Assembly (NCBI GenBank): GCA_964568575.1
Contig: CAZMRN010000001.1
Location: forward strand, 3,964-67,963
DNA length: 64,000 nt
From: an uncultured Caulobacteraceae bacterium
GTDB lineage: Bacteria; Pseudomonadota; Alphaproteobacteria; Caulobacterales; Aquidulcibacteraceae
Reading direction: 5' to 3'
This document shows, in pieces, positions 56,976-64,000 of the stretch. How positions within the stretch are numbered: the stretch's first letter is position 1; every line of letters begins with the position of its first letter. The notes beneath the pieces were generated by a model. It had not been told where the DNA came from. It saw only the letters and a list, made by a program, of their open reading frames with translations, and ran no database searches. Both the position numbers and the translations under genes were made by a program.

Positions 56976-57698
56976 TCAAAACCGTGTGGTGAGCGCTGTG
57001 AGCCAATCGGGCGAGATCGCAACGAGCGCAGCTTCAAGCGCGCGATCGAGGCCGGAGAAGACCAGCACGCCGACAGCGATTAGCGCCCAACCGAGAAAGC
57101 GTTTGCCGCCTTCGCCCACCGCGTGCAGGCGACCCCGATAGCGCGTGATGAGCGCCCGCGCGCCGTAGCCAATTGCGGTGAGTGCGATGGCGGCGCCCAA
57201 TCCAAACATCGCCATAACGAAAGCGACCCCGGCGAGGTCTTCGCCTTGCGCCGCCAATACGCTTGCCGCGCCCAACGTCGGTCCGACACACGGCGCCCAG
57301 ACAATGCCCAGCAGCGCGCCAAGGCCTGCCTGTCCCAACAAGCCCGCGCCGGCATAGCCCGCTGTTCGTGCATTGGCCCAATTGCTGATGGGCGCCGCCG
57401 CGCCGGCGAACGCCATTTGAAACCGAGGCACGACGAGCACGGCGCCGACGCCAAGCATGATCGCGGCGCCTGCGATGCGCAGCGTGTCATTGTCGAGACC
57501 AATGGCGTAGCCGATGGTCGCCACGAATAGCCCCACCAGCGAGAACGAAGCCGCGAGACCAAGCGCCAGCGCTGCGGGGCCGAAGCGGTGCTGCGCCATG
57601 GCGCCGCTCGCGAGAATGGGCGCGAGCGGCAGCACACAGGGCGACAGGATTGTCAGCACGCCCGCCAGAAAGGCGAGAAAGGGCGTCAGCAGCGTCAT
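56976..57698 (-). CDS. ccdA: cytochrome c biogenesis CcdA / DsbD-beta-like thiol:disulfide transporter
   Basis: 240 aa. The conserved Cys-containing TM motifs ILSPCVLPL and WAPCVGPTLG are present. Confidence 0.85.
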   Translation of the reverse strand: MTLLTPFLAFLAGVLTILSPCVLPLAPILASGAMAQHRFGPAALALGLAASFSLVGLFVATIGYAIGLDNDTLRIAGAAIMLGVGAVLVVPRFQMAFAGAAAPISNWANARTAGYAGAGLLGQAGLGALLGIVWAPCVGPTLGAASVLAAQGEDLAGVAFVMAMFGLGAAIALTAIGYGARALITRYRGRLHAVGEGGKRFLGWALIAVGVLVFSGLDRALEAALVAISPDWLTALTTRF

Positions 57699-58087
57699 TG
57701 AACGGCTGAGCGCATCAAAGCGGCGATGCGGCGTTGATCGGTGACGCCCACCGCGCGATCTGTTTCGCGTGCGCCCGCAAACGCAATCAGCGTCGATTGC
57801 CGGCGTGCGCCGAGCCCACGCCAGGCGTCGCGCTGGCTGTCAAAGTCGATGCGGAAGACGATCATGTTTGCGAACGCCGGATCGGCGGCGGTCTCGCGAA
57901 TGATGGGCGCCTGCGCCCGGCAGGTGGGACACCAATCTGCCGCCACCTCGACGAGGATCGGCCGCCCCGCCCTCTGCGCCGCTGCAAATGCCGCCTGATC
58001 GAAGGCGCGAAACTCAGCCGCGAACGCGGCGCCCGGCAAGGCGACTGCCACGGCGATGAGGAGAAGGAAGCGGCAGACGATGTTCAT
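57695..58087 (-). CDS. periplasmic thioredoxin-family protein
   Basis: Signal peptide MNIVCRFLLLIAVAVALPGAAFA. The active site is WCPTC. Confidence 0.8.
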   Translation of the reverse strand: MNIVCRFLLLIAVAVALPGAAFAAEFRAFDQAAFAAAQRAGRPILVEVAADWCPTCRAQAPIIRETAADPAFANMIVFRIDFDSQRDAWRGLGARRQSTLIAFAGARETDRAVGVTDQRRIAALMRSAVQ

Positions 58088-58185
58088 GGAAGCTCCTGCG
58101 ATAGGGCTGCGCCATTTCGGCGCTCGCAGAAGACTTCGGGGCAGGGCGGCGAAAGGTTACCTCCCAGTGCCCGTGTATTTCGACC

Positions 58186-58542
58186 TCACGCGAAACGGGT
58201 TTCGAGCCGCCGGATTTTTCCATCCTTCAAGGTGAACAGGTTAACCCCGTGTCCCTCGCCGCCGGGCAGGCCGGGCGAACGGCAGGTCCAGGCGACCGTC
58301 ACAAGTTCGCCCGCTACATCGACGCGGTCGAGGCTGATCGTCACATCCGGAAGCGGGTTCTGCCAGCCCTGGCGCATCGCCGCCATGATCGCGCTCTTGC
58401 CGTTGTGCGTGATCGGTTGCCCGCTGAAAGGCTCGACGTAGGTCGCATCCTCACTGAACAGGCGCTCCATATCCTCGGCTGCGGCTGATCCGGCTTGCAT
58501 GGCGCGAAAGAAATCGGCGACTGTGGGCGGCGTATCGGACAT
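58186..58542 (-). CDS. NTF2/SnoaL-like fold protein
   Basis: 118 aa. The size and pattern (F..DATYVEPF....G..AI...., ...VNLFTLKDGKIRRLETRF) are typical of SnoaL-like proteins. Confidence 0.55.
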   Translation of the reverse strand: MSDTPPTVADFFRAMQAGSAAAEDMERLFSEDATYVEPFSGQPITHNGKSAIMAAMRQGWQNPLPDVTISLDRVDVAGELVTVAWTCRSPGLPGGEGHGVNLFTLKDGKIRRLETRFA

Positions 58543-58569
58543 GAATTTCCTCTTTCACGAAGCTTGGCG

Positions 58570-58971
58570 ATGATAACCGATCACGATCTTGGTCATTTGC
58601 GCGCCGCACTCACGTCGCTCTGCGCGGAACGAGAATCTTGCGCGCCTTGGGCGGCTCTGTCGTCTTTGGGCGCGATAGAGGCTGGCCGCTTTCAGATCAC
58701 CATCGATATGCGAGCGGTTGAAACTCTGGGCGCACCCATGGTCGTGGCGAGACCCGTGCCGCCCGCGGCGCCGGTTTTGGCGAGTCTGAGCCCCCGCGAG
58801 CGTGAGGTGGCCGCAAGGCTTGCGTACGGCCTATCCAACAACGCCATCGCTGGCGAACTCTCCATCAGCGTCGCTACCGTGAAAGACCACGTTCACAAGG
58901 TCCTTTCGAAGCTCGGCGCAACATCACGCAACCAGATCGCTGCGATGCTGCACGCCGAAGTCGAACCTTGA
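58570..58971 (+). CDS. LuxR-family HTH transcriptional regulator
   Basis: The C-terminus LSPREREVAARLAYGLSNNAIAGELSISVATVKDHVHKVLSKLG is a GerE/LuxR HTH. The start at 58570 is chosen to avoid overlap with the divergent gene. Confidence 0.75.
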   Translation: MITDHDLGHLRAALTSLCAERESCAPWAALSSLGAIEAGRFQITIDMRAVETLGAPMVVARPVPPAAPVLASLSPREREVAARLAYGLSNNAIAGELSISVATVKDHVHKVLSKLGATSRNQIAAMLHAEVEP

Positions 58972-58992
58972 TTGGCGCAGACTAAGCCTACC

Positions 58993-59018
58993 GGCAATCC
59001 ATCGAAGGATGGATTGCC
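58993..59018. terminator. perfect 11-bp stem-loop between convergent luxR-like and GFA-remnant genes (no U-tract)
   Basis: GGCAATCCATC-GAAG-GATGGATTGCC. No T-run follows on either strand, so terminator function is uncertain. Confidence 0.35.
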
Positions 59019-59068
59019 AAGCGCTGAAGCATTCCCGATTGGTTCGCCGAAGGGCTACGCCAGCGCGC

Positions 59069-59338
59069 CTATCGGGCGGCTGTGAGGCGGCGCGTCCAGC
59101 CGCCGGTGGGAGGCATCATGTCGAAAGCTGGCGGCCTCTCATCGTGCTGCACCCAGGCGTGTCGCCGTTTCGCGTACACCATCATCTGAGGCGCGTAGAC
59201 GCTCGGATCGTGCAAGGCGCCAGCCCGAACCATCTGCATGCCCGGCAATGAAGTGCTCTTGCCGAAGAGCGGCGATCCGCAATCAGCGCAAGAGCCCGGC
59301 CGCCGAAGGCGGCGACGCACACGGGACGACCAAAAAGG
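59069..59338 (-). pseudogene. GFA-family (glutathione-dependent formaldehyde-activating-like) gene, C-terminal half only
   Basis: ...WSSRVRRRLRRPGSCADCGSPLFGKS...VRAGALHDPS...RRHAW matches the distal Cys pair and C-terminus of GFA/CENP-V proteins. The N-terminal Cys cluster is missing, and the reading frame closes at a stop at 59339-59341. Confidence 0.55.
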
Positions 59339-59367
59339 TTATAGCCATAGAGCCTGTCGCAAGCTGA

Positions 59368-59722
59368 CAGGCTGTAACCAGCGACCGCAATTTAGGCGTC
59401 GACCATTGGACGAGCGAAGCGGCGCTGCGCCAGGCGCTCGATGACGCGCGCTATTGGGTGGAGCACCAAACCTATCCGACTGACGAGATCGCCGTGCGCT
59501 TTCATCACAAGCTCGTCGCCATCCATCCGTTTCCAAACGGCAATGGCCGCTGGTCGCGTCTTGCCGCCGACTTGCTCGCAATTCAACTCGGGCGAGAGCG
59601 CTTCACCTGGGGGGCAGGGTTCGATCGTGGCGGCGTCGGAGACGCGCCAGACTTACTTCCGCGCGCTCAAGGCTGCAGACGCTGGCGACATGGCGCTCTT
59701 GTTAGCGTACGCCCGGACGTAG
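59368..59722 (+). pseudogene. mobile mystery protein B (Fic/DOC family), C-terminal part, itself frameshifted
   Basis: Frame 1 reads ..TSDRNLGVDHWTSEAALRQALDDARYWVEHQTYPTDEIAVRFHHKLVAIHPFPNGNGRWSRLAADLLAIQLGRERFTWG, containing the Fic motif HPFxNGNGR. Frame 2 continues ..ETRQTYFRALKAADAGDMALLLAYART*. It is in the same orientation as the N-terminal piece at 7977-8189. Confidence 0.8.
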
Positions 59723-59829
59723 GGATGACGGAAGATCTTCGCATTGTGGGAGCGGTTCGAAAAGGTTGCGGGAAGAGAGGGGCGCGGCAAACGCGCTTGA
59801 CCTCACCGGCTTGATGCTCGCTCCGGCAC

Positions 59830-60219
59830 TCAGCCAGAGGTGACTTTTGCGAATCCGGCTACGCCCGCTGCGGTTTTTCGCGCCTGAGCGCGCGGTGGAT
59901 GCAAGATCATTGGCGCCGCGCCAACGCCGCCGAAGACCGTCTCCATAGTCTGCACGCACATGCGCACGCTGTCATTGGCGAGTCCGTACCAGATTTGTTT
60001 TGCTTTACGGCGCGTGGTGACGAGATCGGCGCGTCGCAGCTCTGCGAGTTGCTGGCTCAATGCTGGTTGGCCAATTCCGGTCGCGGCCCCAATCTCGGCG
60101 ACGTTGCGTTCGCCGCTCAGCAGGCAGCTCATGATCATGAGCCGCTGCGGCTGCGCATAGACTTTCAGCTTTTCCGAGACGCTGGCTGCAAGGTCGCGGT
60201 CCTCAAACAGGGCGGTCAT
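59830..60219 (-). CDS. ArsR/SmtB-family regulator, BigR-like
   Basis: Start MTALFEDRD.. (ATGA overlap with the upstream peroxiredoxin stop). LKVYAQPQRLMIMSCLLSGERNVAEIGAATGIGQPALSQQLAELRRADLV is an ArsR wHTH with a Cys in helix 2. Confidence 0.85.
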   Translation of the reverse strand: MTALFEDRDLAASVSEKLKVYAQPQRLMIMSCLLSGERNVAEIGAATGIGQPALSQQLAELRRADLVTTRRKAKQIWYGLANDSVRMCVQTMETVFGGVGAAPMILHPPRAQARKTAAGVAGFAKVTSG

Positions 60220-60863
60220 GTTTGCACCCGGCAAAACCAGTCCGGCCCAGCCTCAACGCGCGCGCTATCTTCCGGGGGCAGGGCCAGCAGCGGCGCCCCG
60301 GGCTGCCAGCCCTCGGGGGCGAACCCTTTGCCGTCCTCTACCGCCTTTAGCGCGCTGACCATGCGCAGCATCTCATCGACAGAGCGTCCGACGCTGTGCG
60401 GGTAACAGGTAATCGCCCGAACGACGCCTTCGGGATCGATGAAATAGGCTGACCGCATCGCCATCGCATCGGCGCTGGTTTCGTCGATCATTCCGTAGGC
60501 GCGGCCCACCGCCATGCTGGGGTCCTCGATGATCGGAAAGTCGATCTTGACGCCAAACTGCGCCTCGATTGCCCGGACCCAGGCGAGGTGTGCGTAGAGA
60601 CTGTCCACTGACAGACCGACGAGCGCGCAATCAAGTGCTTCAAAGGCCGGCTGGCGCTTGGCCAGCGCCACAAACTCCGTCGTGCACACGGGGGTGAAGT
60701 CCGCCGGGTGCGAGAAGAAGATCAGCCATCGCCCGCGGAAGGCCGAGAGCTTCACTTCGCCTTGGGTCGAGCGCGCCACGAAATCCGGGGCGGGATCGCC
60801 CAGGCGAACTGGGCGTTGAGTCTGGCTGACGTGCGCTTCGATCATCGCGTCGGAACTTCCCAT
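60216..60863 (-). CDS. peroxiredoxin (Prx6 / 1-Cys-like)
   Basis: LGDPAPDF....G...LS.FRGRWLIFFSHPADFTPVCTTE is the peroxidatic-Cys motif. The start is either 60863 or 60845. Confidence 0.88.
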   Translation of the reverse strand: MGSSDAMIEAHVSQTQRPVRLGDPAPDFVARSTQGEVKLSAFRGRWLIFFSHPADFTPVCTTEFVALAKRQPAFEALDCALVGLSVDSLYAHLAWVRAIEAQFGVKIDFPIIEDPSMAVGRAYGMIDETSADAMAMRSAYFIDPEGVVRAITCYPHSVGRSVDEMLRMVSALKAVEDGKGFAPEGWQPGAPLLALPPEDSARVEAGPDWFCRVQT

Positions 60864-60900
60864 TTGGTCGCATTGCCTCCGAGCGAGGCTTGACGCAATC

Positions 60901-60922
60901 AAACTATACAATTACATAGTTT
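60901..60922. promoter_or_regulatory. inverted repeat AAACTAT-N8-ATAGTTT in the divergent AT-rich promoter (candidate BigR/ArsR operator)
   Basis: 60901-60907 and 60916-60922 are perfect reverse complements. The repeat lies between the peroxiredoxin-arsR operon and the MBL-fold gene. Confidence 0.35.
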
Positions 60923-60951
60923 ATGTAAATATGAGGTGTAAGGAGACTCCC

Positions 60952-61869
60952 ATGGTTGATCCTGCCTTGGCGAAGGCCAGTACTCAGGTTTCTGCGGCGC
61001 AAGCGGGCGTCCCGGTGATCAAGGCCCTGTTCGACGAGCCGACCAACACGGTCACCTATGTCGTGCATGACGGCGAAACGCGCCGCGCCGCGATCATCGA
61101 CAGCGTTCTCGATTTCGATCCTGCGTCGGGCCGCACCGCGTTCGGCTCAGCGGACGCCGTGATCGCCTATGTCGCCGAGCAGGGGCTGACGGTGGATTGG
61201 CTGCTTGAGACGCATGCCCACGCGGACCACCTCTCCGCCGCGCCCTATCTGCAGAAGAAGCTCGGCGGGAAGATCGCCATCGGCGAGCACATCGTCACGG
61301 TGCAGAATACCTTCGGCAAACTCTTCAACGCCGGATCGGAATTTCAGCGCGATGGATCGGATTTCGATCAGCTCTGGAAAGACGGCGATCAGTTCGCGAT
61401 CGGCAATCTCAGCGTCACCGTGCTGCATGTGCCGGGGCACACGCCGGCCTGCATCGCCTATGTGATCGGCGACGCCGTGTTCGTCGGCGACACCATGTTC
61501 ATGCCTGACTACGGCACAGCGCGGGCCGATTTTCCGGGCGGCGATGCGCGTGCGCTCTATCGCTCGGCGCGCCGCATCTTGTCGCTACCGCCGCAAACGC
61601 GGTTGTTCATGTGCCACGACTATCTGCCTTCCGGTCGTACGGAATATGTCTGGGAGAGCGCGGTCGAAGCCGAGCGGAAAGCGAACGTCCACATCCATGA
61701 CGGCGTGAGCGAGGATGAATTCGTCGCGATGCGCGAGGCGCGCGATGCGACGCTGGCGATGCCGCGGCTCATTCTGCCGTCCGTGCAAGTGAATATGCGC
61801 GCCGGACACCTCCCGCAGGCGGAAGAGAACGGCGTCGTCTACCTGAAGCTTCCGGTGAATTTGGTATGA
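60952..61869 (+). CDS. MBL-fold hydrolase, Blh / persulfide-dioxygenase-like
   Basis: The ATG at 60952 is preceded by AGGAGA. The metallo-beta-lactamase motif is LETHAHADHLS, followed by HVPGHTPAC. Confidence 0.85.
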   Translation: MVDPALAKASTQVSAAQAGVPVIKALFDEPTNTVTYVVHDGETRRAAIIDSVLDFDPASGRTAFGSADAVIAYVAEQGLTVDWLLETHAHADHLSAAPYLQKKLGGKIAIGEHIVTVQNTFGKLFNAGSEFQRDGSDFDQLWKDGDQFAIGNLSVTVLHVPGHTPACIAYVIGDAVFVGDTMFMPDYGTARADFPGGDARALYRSARRILSLPPQTRLFMCHDYLPSGRTEYVWESAVEAERKANVHIHDGVSEDEFVAMREARDATLAMPRLILPSVQVNMRAGHLPQAEENGVVYLKLPVNLV

Positions 61870-62312
61870 TCGCGGCGTTCCCTCACGCCATGCCGGTCGA
61901 GGGATTTCTCGGCGGGCTCATGATCGGGCTTGCAGCCGCGATCATGCTGCTGGGCCTTGGCCGTATCGCGGGCGTGAGTGGTCTCGCGGCTCGTGCGACC
62001 GGACTTTCCAGTTCCGGCGCGCCGCGCCCCATCGCGATTGCGTTCGTTATCGGTCTGCCCCTAGGCGCGCTGCTCGCAGCGTCGCTGCTCGGCGGCATCG
62101 AGACGCGGTTTCCCACGTCGGCAGTGCAACTCGTGATCGCCGGCCTGTTGGTGGGGTTTGGAACGCGGCTCGGATCGGGATGCACCAGCGGCCATGGCGT
62201 GTGCGGAATATCGAGGCTCTCGCAGCGCTCGCTTGTTGCGACGGCAGTGTTCATGGCCAGCGGTTTTGCGACCGTGGGTCTGATGCGCGCCTTCGGTTTC
62301 ATGAACGGCTGA
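61866..62312 (+). CDS. YeeE/YedE-family sulfur-compound transporter half-protein
   Basis: 148 aa, 4 TM, with the conserved GSGCTSGHGVCG motif. Confidence 0.8.
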   Translation: MIAAFPHAMPVEGFLGGLMIGLAAAIMLLGLGRIAGVSGLAARATGLSSSGAPRPIAIAFVIGLPLGALLAASLLGGIETRFPTSAVQLVIAGLLVGFGTRLGSGCTSGHGVCGISRLSQRSLVATAVFMASGFATVGLMRAFGFMNG

Positions 62313-62332
62313 GAAGGAAACACGCTGTGAAA

Positions 62333-62533
62333 ATGAATATGGGAATGGTCGATCGGTTGGCGCGCGCTGCGCTCGCAGTGACCGTTGCGGTCCTTTGGTA
62401 CACGGGCGTCATTGGCGGCGCTCTTGCGATCGTCCTCGCTGTCCTCGCGGCGGTGTTTCTGCTGACGAGCTTCTTTGGCTTTTGTCCGCTCTACAGGCCG
62501 TTTGGCTTCTCAACGCGCGGCAAAGGCCAATGA
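62333..62533 (+). CDS. DUF2892 (YgaP C-terminal-like) small membrane protein
   Basis: MNMGMVDRLARAALAV...LLTSFFGFCPLY is the typical DUF2892 pattern. A GTG alternative start lies at 62327. Confidence 0.7.
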   Translation: MNMGMVDRLARAALAVTVAVLWYTGVIGGALAIVLAVLAAVFLLTSFFGFCPLYRPFGFSTRGKGQ

Positions 62534-62940
62534 GGCCAGATCTCATCGCCTTGGCCGCTGGCTTGCTCTTCGGGGCGGGTCTTGCCGTCTCGGGCATGGG
62601 CGATCCCGCGCGCGTTCAGGCGTTTCTTGACCTCTTCGGATATTGGGATCCAACACTCGCATTCGTGATGGTCGGCGCAATGGCGCCGATGGCGGTCGCC
62701 TGGTTGTGGCAAAAGCGCCTTTCGAAGCCTTTTGCGGAAGAGCGCTTCGACGTGCCGGCGACGACCAAGTTGGACCGCAACCTTGTGCTCGGCGCCGTAC
62801 TCTTCGGTGCTGGGTGGGGTATCGGCGGGCTGTGCCCAGGCCCGGCGCTCGCCGATCTCGCCATTGCGCCCGCTCAAGCCGGGATCTTCGTGCTCGCCAT
62901 GTTCGGCGGCATCGCCGCGCATCGCTTCACAACACGCTGA
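62530..62940 (+). CDS. YeeE/YedE-family (DUF395/DUF6691-like) membrane protein, second half
   Basis: Start MRPDLIALAAGLLFGAGLAVSGM. The GAGWGIGGLCPGPAL motif is present. ATGA overlap with the previous gene. Confidence 0.8.
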   Translation: MRPDLIALAAGLLFGAGLAVSGMGDPARVQAFLDLFGYWDPTLAFVMVGAMAPMAVAWLWQKRLSKPFAEERFDVPATTKLDRNLVLGAVLFGAGWGIGGLCPGPALADLAIAPAQAGIFVLAMFGGIAAHRFTTR

Positions 62941-62972
62941 ACAACGCACCGCGAACGCGGGAGGAAACCAAG

Positions 62973-64000
62973 ATGGACATCAAACGCCTCAACCCACGCA
63001 TCGCAACATCGGCGCAGATACGTCCGACGGATATCGAAGCAATCGCGCGCGCAGGGTATCGGTCCATCATCTGCAATCGTCCCGACGAGGAGGAGCAGAG
63101 GCAGAGTACCGCGGAAGACATCGAAACCGCGGCGCGCGCCGCGGGGCTCGGTTTCGCGCATATCCCCGTTGTTTCGGGATCAGAGAACGAAGGCGCCGCG
63201 GCGGCCATGAAGGCGGCGCTTTCATCGCTTCCGGGCCCGATTCTCGCCTATTGCCGGTCCGGCGCGCGCGCCGCCAAACTCGCGCAAATGGCGGGCTTTC
63301 TTCAGCCAGAAGAAAGCGGCTCGCGGATGTTTGACATTGTCATTGTCGGCGGCGGAAGCGCCGGCATTTCGACGGCGGCGAGCATTCGCAAGCGCAATCG
63401 CGATGCGTCGATCGGCATCATCGAGCCGAGTGAAGTCCACTATTATCAACCTGGGTGGACGATGGTCGGCGCGGGCGTATTTGACCGCGACTTCACGATG
63501 CGGCGGCAGGCGGAGCTGATCCCGCACAGGGTCGAGTGGATCAAGGCCTCGGCAAGCGGTTTTGCGCCGGACGAAAACAAGGTGTTGTTGTGCGATGGCG
63601 GCCACGTCGCCTATCGCGTGTTGATTGCGTGCCCGGGGATCAAGCTCGATTGGGCGGCCATTCCGGGACTCACCGACACTCTGGGCCGAAACGGCGTTAC
63701 GTCGAACTATGACTTCGACCTTGCGCCCTACACCAACCGGCTGGTGAAGACGCTGAAGAACGGACGCGCGCTCTTCACCCAACCGGTCATGCCGATCAAG
63801 TGCGCCGGCGCGCCACAGAAGGCGATGTACCTGTCCTGCTACCGCTGGGAACAGGCGCGCGTTCTGAAGAATATTGACGTTCAGTTTCATACGGCGGGCG
63901 CGGTGCTGTTTGGCGTCGCCGCTTATGTGCCCGCGCTGATGGATTATGTTGAACGCTATGACGCCCACCTGAATTTCGCATCTAAACTCGTCGCGATCGA
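62973..64000 (+). CDS. fusion protein: TIGR01244/DUF442 phosphatase-like sulfur-transfer domain plus FAD-dependent sulfide:quinone-oxidoreductase-like domain (3' end outside window)
   Basis: Read manually from the ATG at 62973: MDIKRLNPRIATSAQIRPTDIEAIARAGYRSIICNRPDEE...AYCRSGARA is DUF442-like with a CxxxxxR loop. It is followed by FDIVIVGGGSAGISTAA (Rossmann GxGxxG) and ...MPIKCAGAPQK. No stop occurs before the window end, so the ORF is absent from the track. Confidence 0.8.
   Translation, partial: MDIKRLNPRIATSAQIRPTDIEAIARAGYRSIICNRPDEEEQRQSTAEDIETAARAAGLGFAHIPVVSGSENEGAAAAMKAALSSLPGPILAYCRSGARAAKLAQMAGFLQPEESGSRMFDIVIVGGGSAGISTAASIRKRNRDASIGIIEPSEVHYYQPGWTMVGAGVFDRDFTMRRQAELIPHRVEWIKASASGFAPDENKVLLCDGGHVAYRVLIACPGIKLDWAAIPGLTDTLGRNGVTSNYDFDLAPYTNRLVKTLKNGRALFTQPVMPIKCAGAPQKAMYLSCYRWEQARVLKNIDVQFHTAGAVLFGVAAYVPALMDYVERYDAHLNFASKLVAI

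Larger units (their letters stand above)
2786..59722. mobile_element. Integrative conjugative element inserted immediately downstream of guaA. The left end is at the guaA stop; the right end is not established and may lie beyond 59722 or outside the window
   Basis: Integrase, excisionase, relaxase, TraF, ArdC, ParB, T4CP TraG and a complete trbBCDEJLFGI set are all present. An AT-rich repeat-bearing junction follows guaA. Cargo islands and an IS are interspersed. Confidence 0.6.

Noticed and set aside
1-64000. Looked for CRISPR arrays, tRNA/rRNA genes and a tRNA target next to the integrase.
   Set aside because: I saw no regularly spaced direct repeats and no cloverleaf-like sequence near 2786-3101 or elsewhere by eye. 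The integrase flank is the guaA 3' end instead. A tRNAscan/Infernal run would be needed for certainty.

Overview
High-GC alphaproteobacterial (Rhizobiales-like) chromosome segment. Core genes sit at the left edge: the 3' end of ndh, a hypothetical membrane protein, and guaA. Directly after the guaA stop codon begins a large integrative conjugative element (ICE). In order it carries: a P4-type tyrosine integrase, an AlpA-like excisionase, a DUF3363-type relaxase, TraF peptidase, a mobile-mystery-protein A/B pair (B is broken), an HNH-nuclease plus trypsin-like-protease pair, ArdC, and a large ParB-like protein. Next comes a ~16 kb uptake/catabolic island (TonB receptor, MFS, acyl-CoA dehydrogenase, TPP enzyme, secreted hydrolases, GntR and Lrp regulators) whose promoters share an ATTGTCGACAAT palindrome. 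Then follow the mating-pair formation genes traG-copG-trbBCDEJLFGI and a three-gene Lamassu type II (Cap4-nuclease LmuA / LmuC / SMC-like LmuB) defence operon. A stress cargo block follows: TauE, NhaA, MerR/MerF-like/YnfA, ChrB-MFS, an IS110-family IS, a PilZ/AraC/GGDEF/receiver module, and an ECF sigma-NrsF-DoxX-CcdA-thioredoxin module. The missing C-terminal part of mobile mystery protein B reappears at ~59.4 kb. It is followed by a BigR/ArsR-type sulfide-detoxification operon that runs off the right edge. I saw no rRNA, tRNA or CRISPR array. The most notable items are: the uncharacterised HNH/protease pair; the Lamassu operon on an ICE; one Fic-family gene split into two pieces 51 kb apart; an IS110 5'-region-like block repeated upstream of the Lamassu operon; the shared GntR-type palindromes; and a 14-bp tandem duplication that frameshifts a receiver gene. 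All functional calls rest on motif and family recognition by eye. No database search was run.
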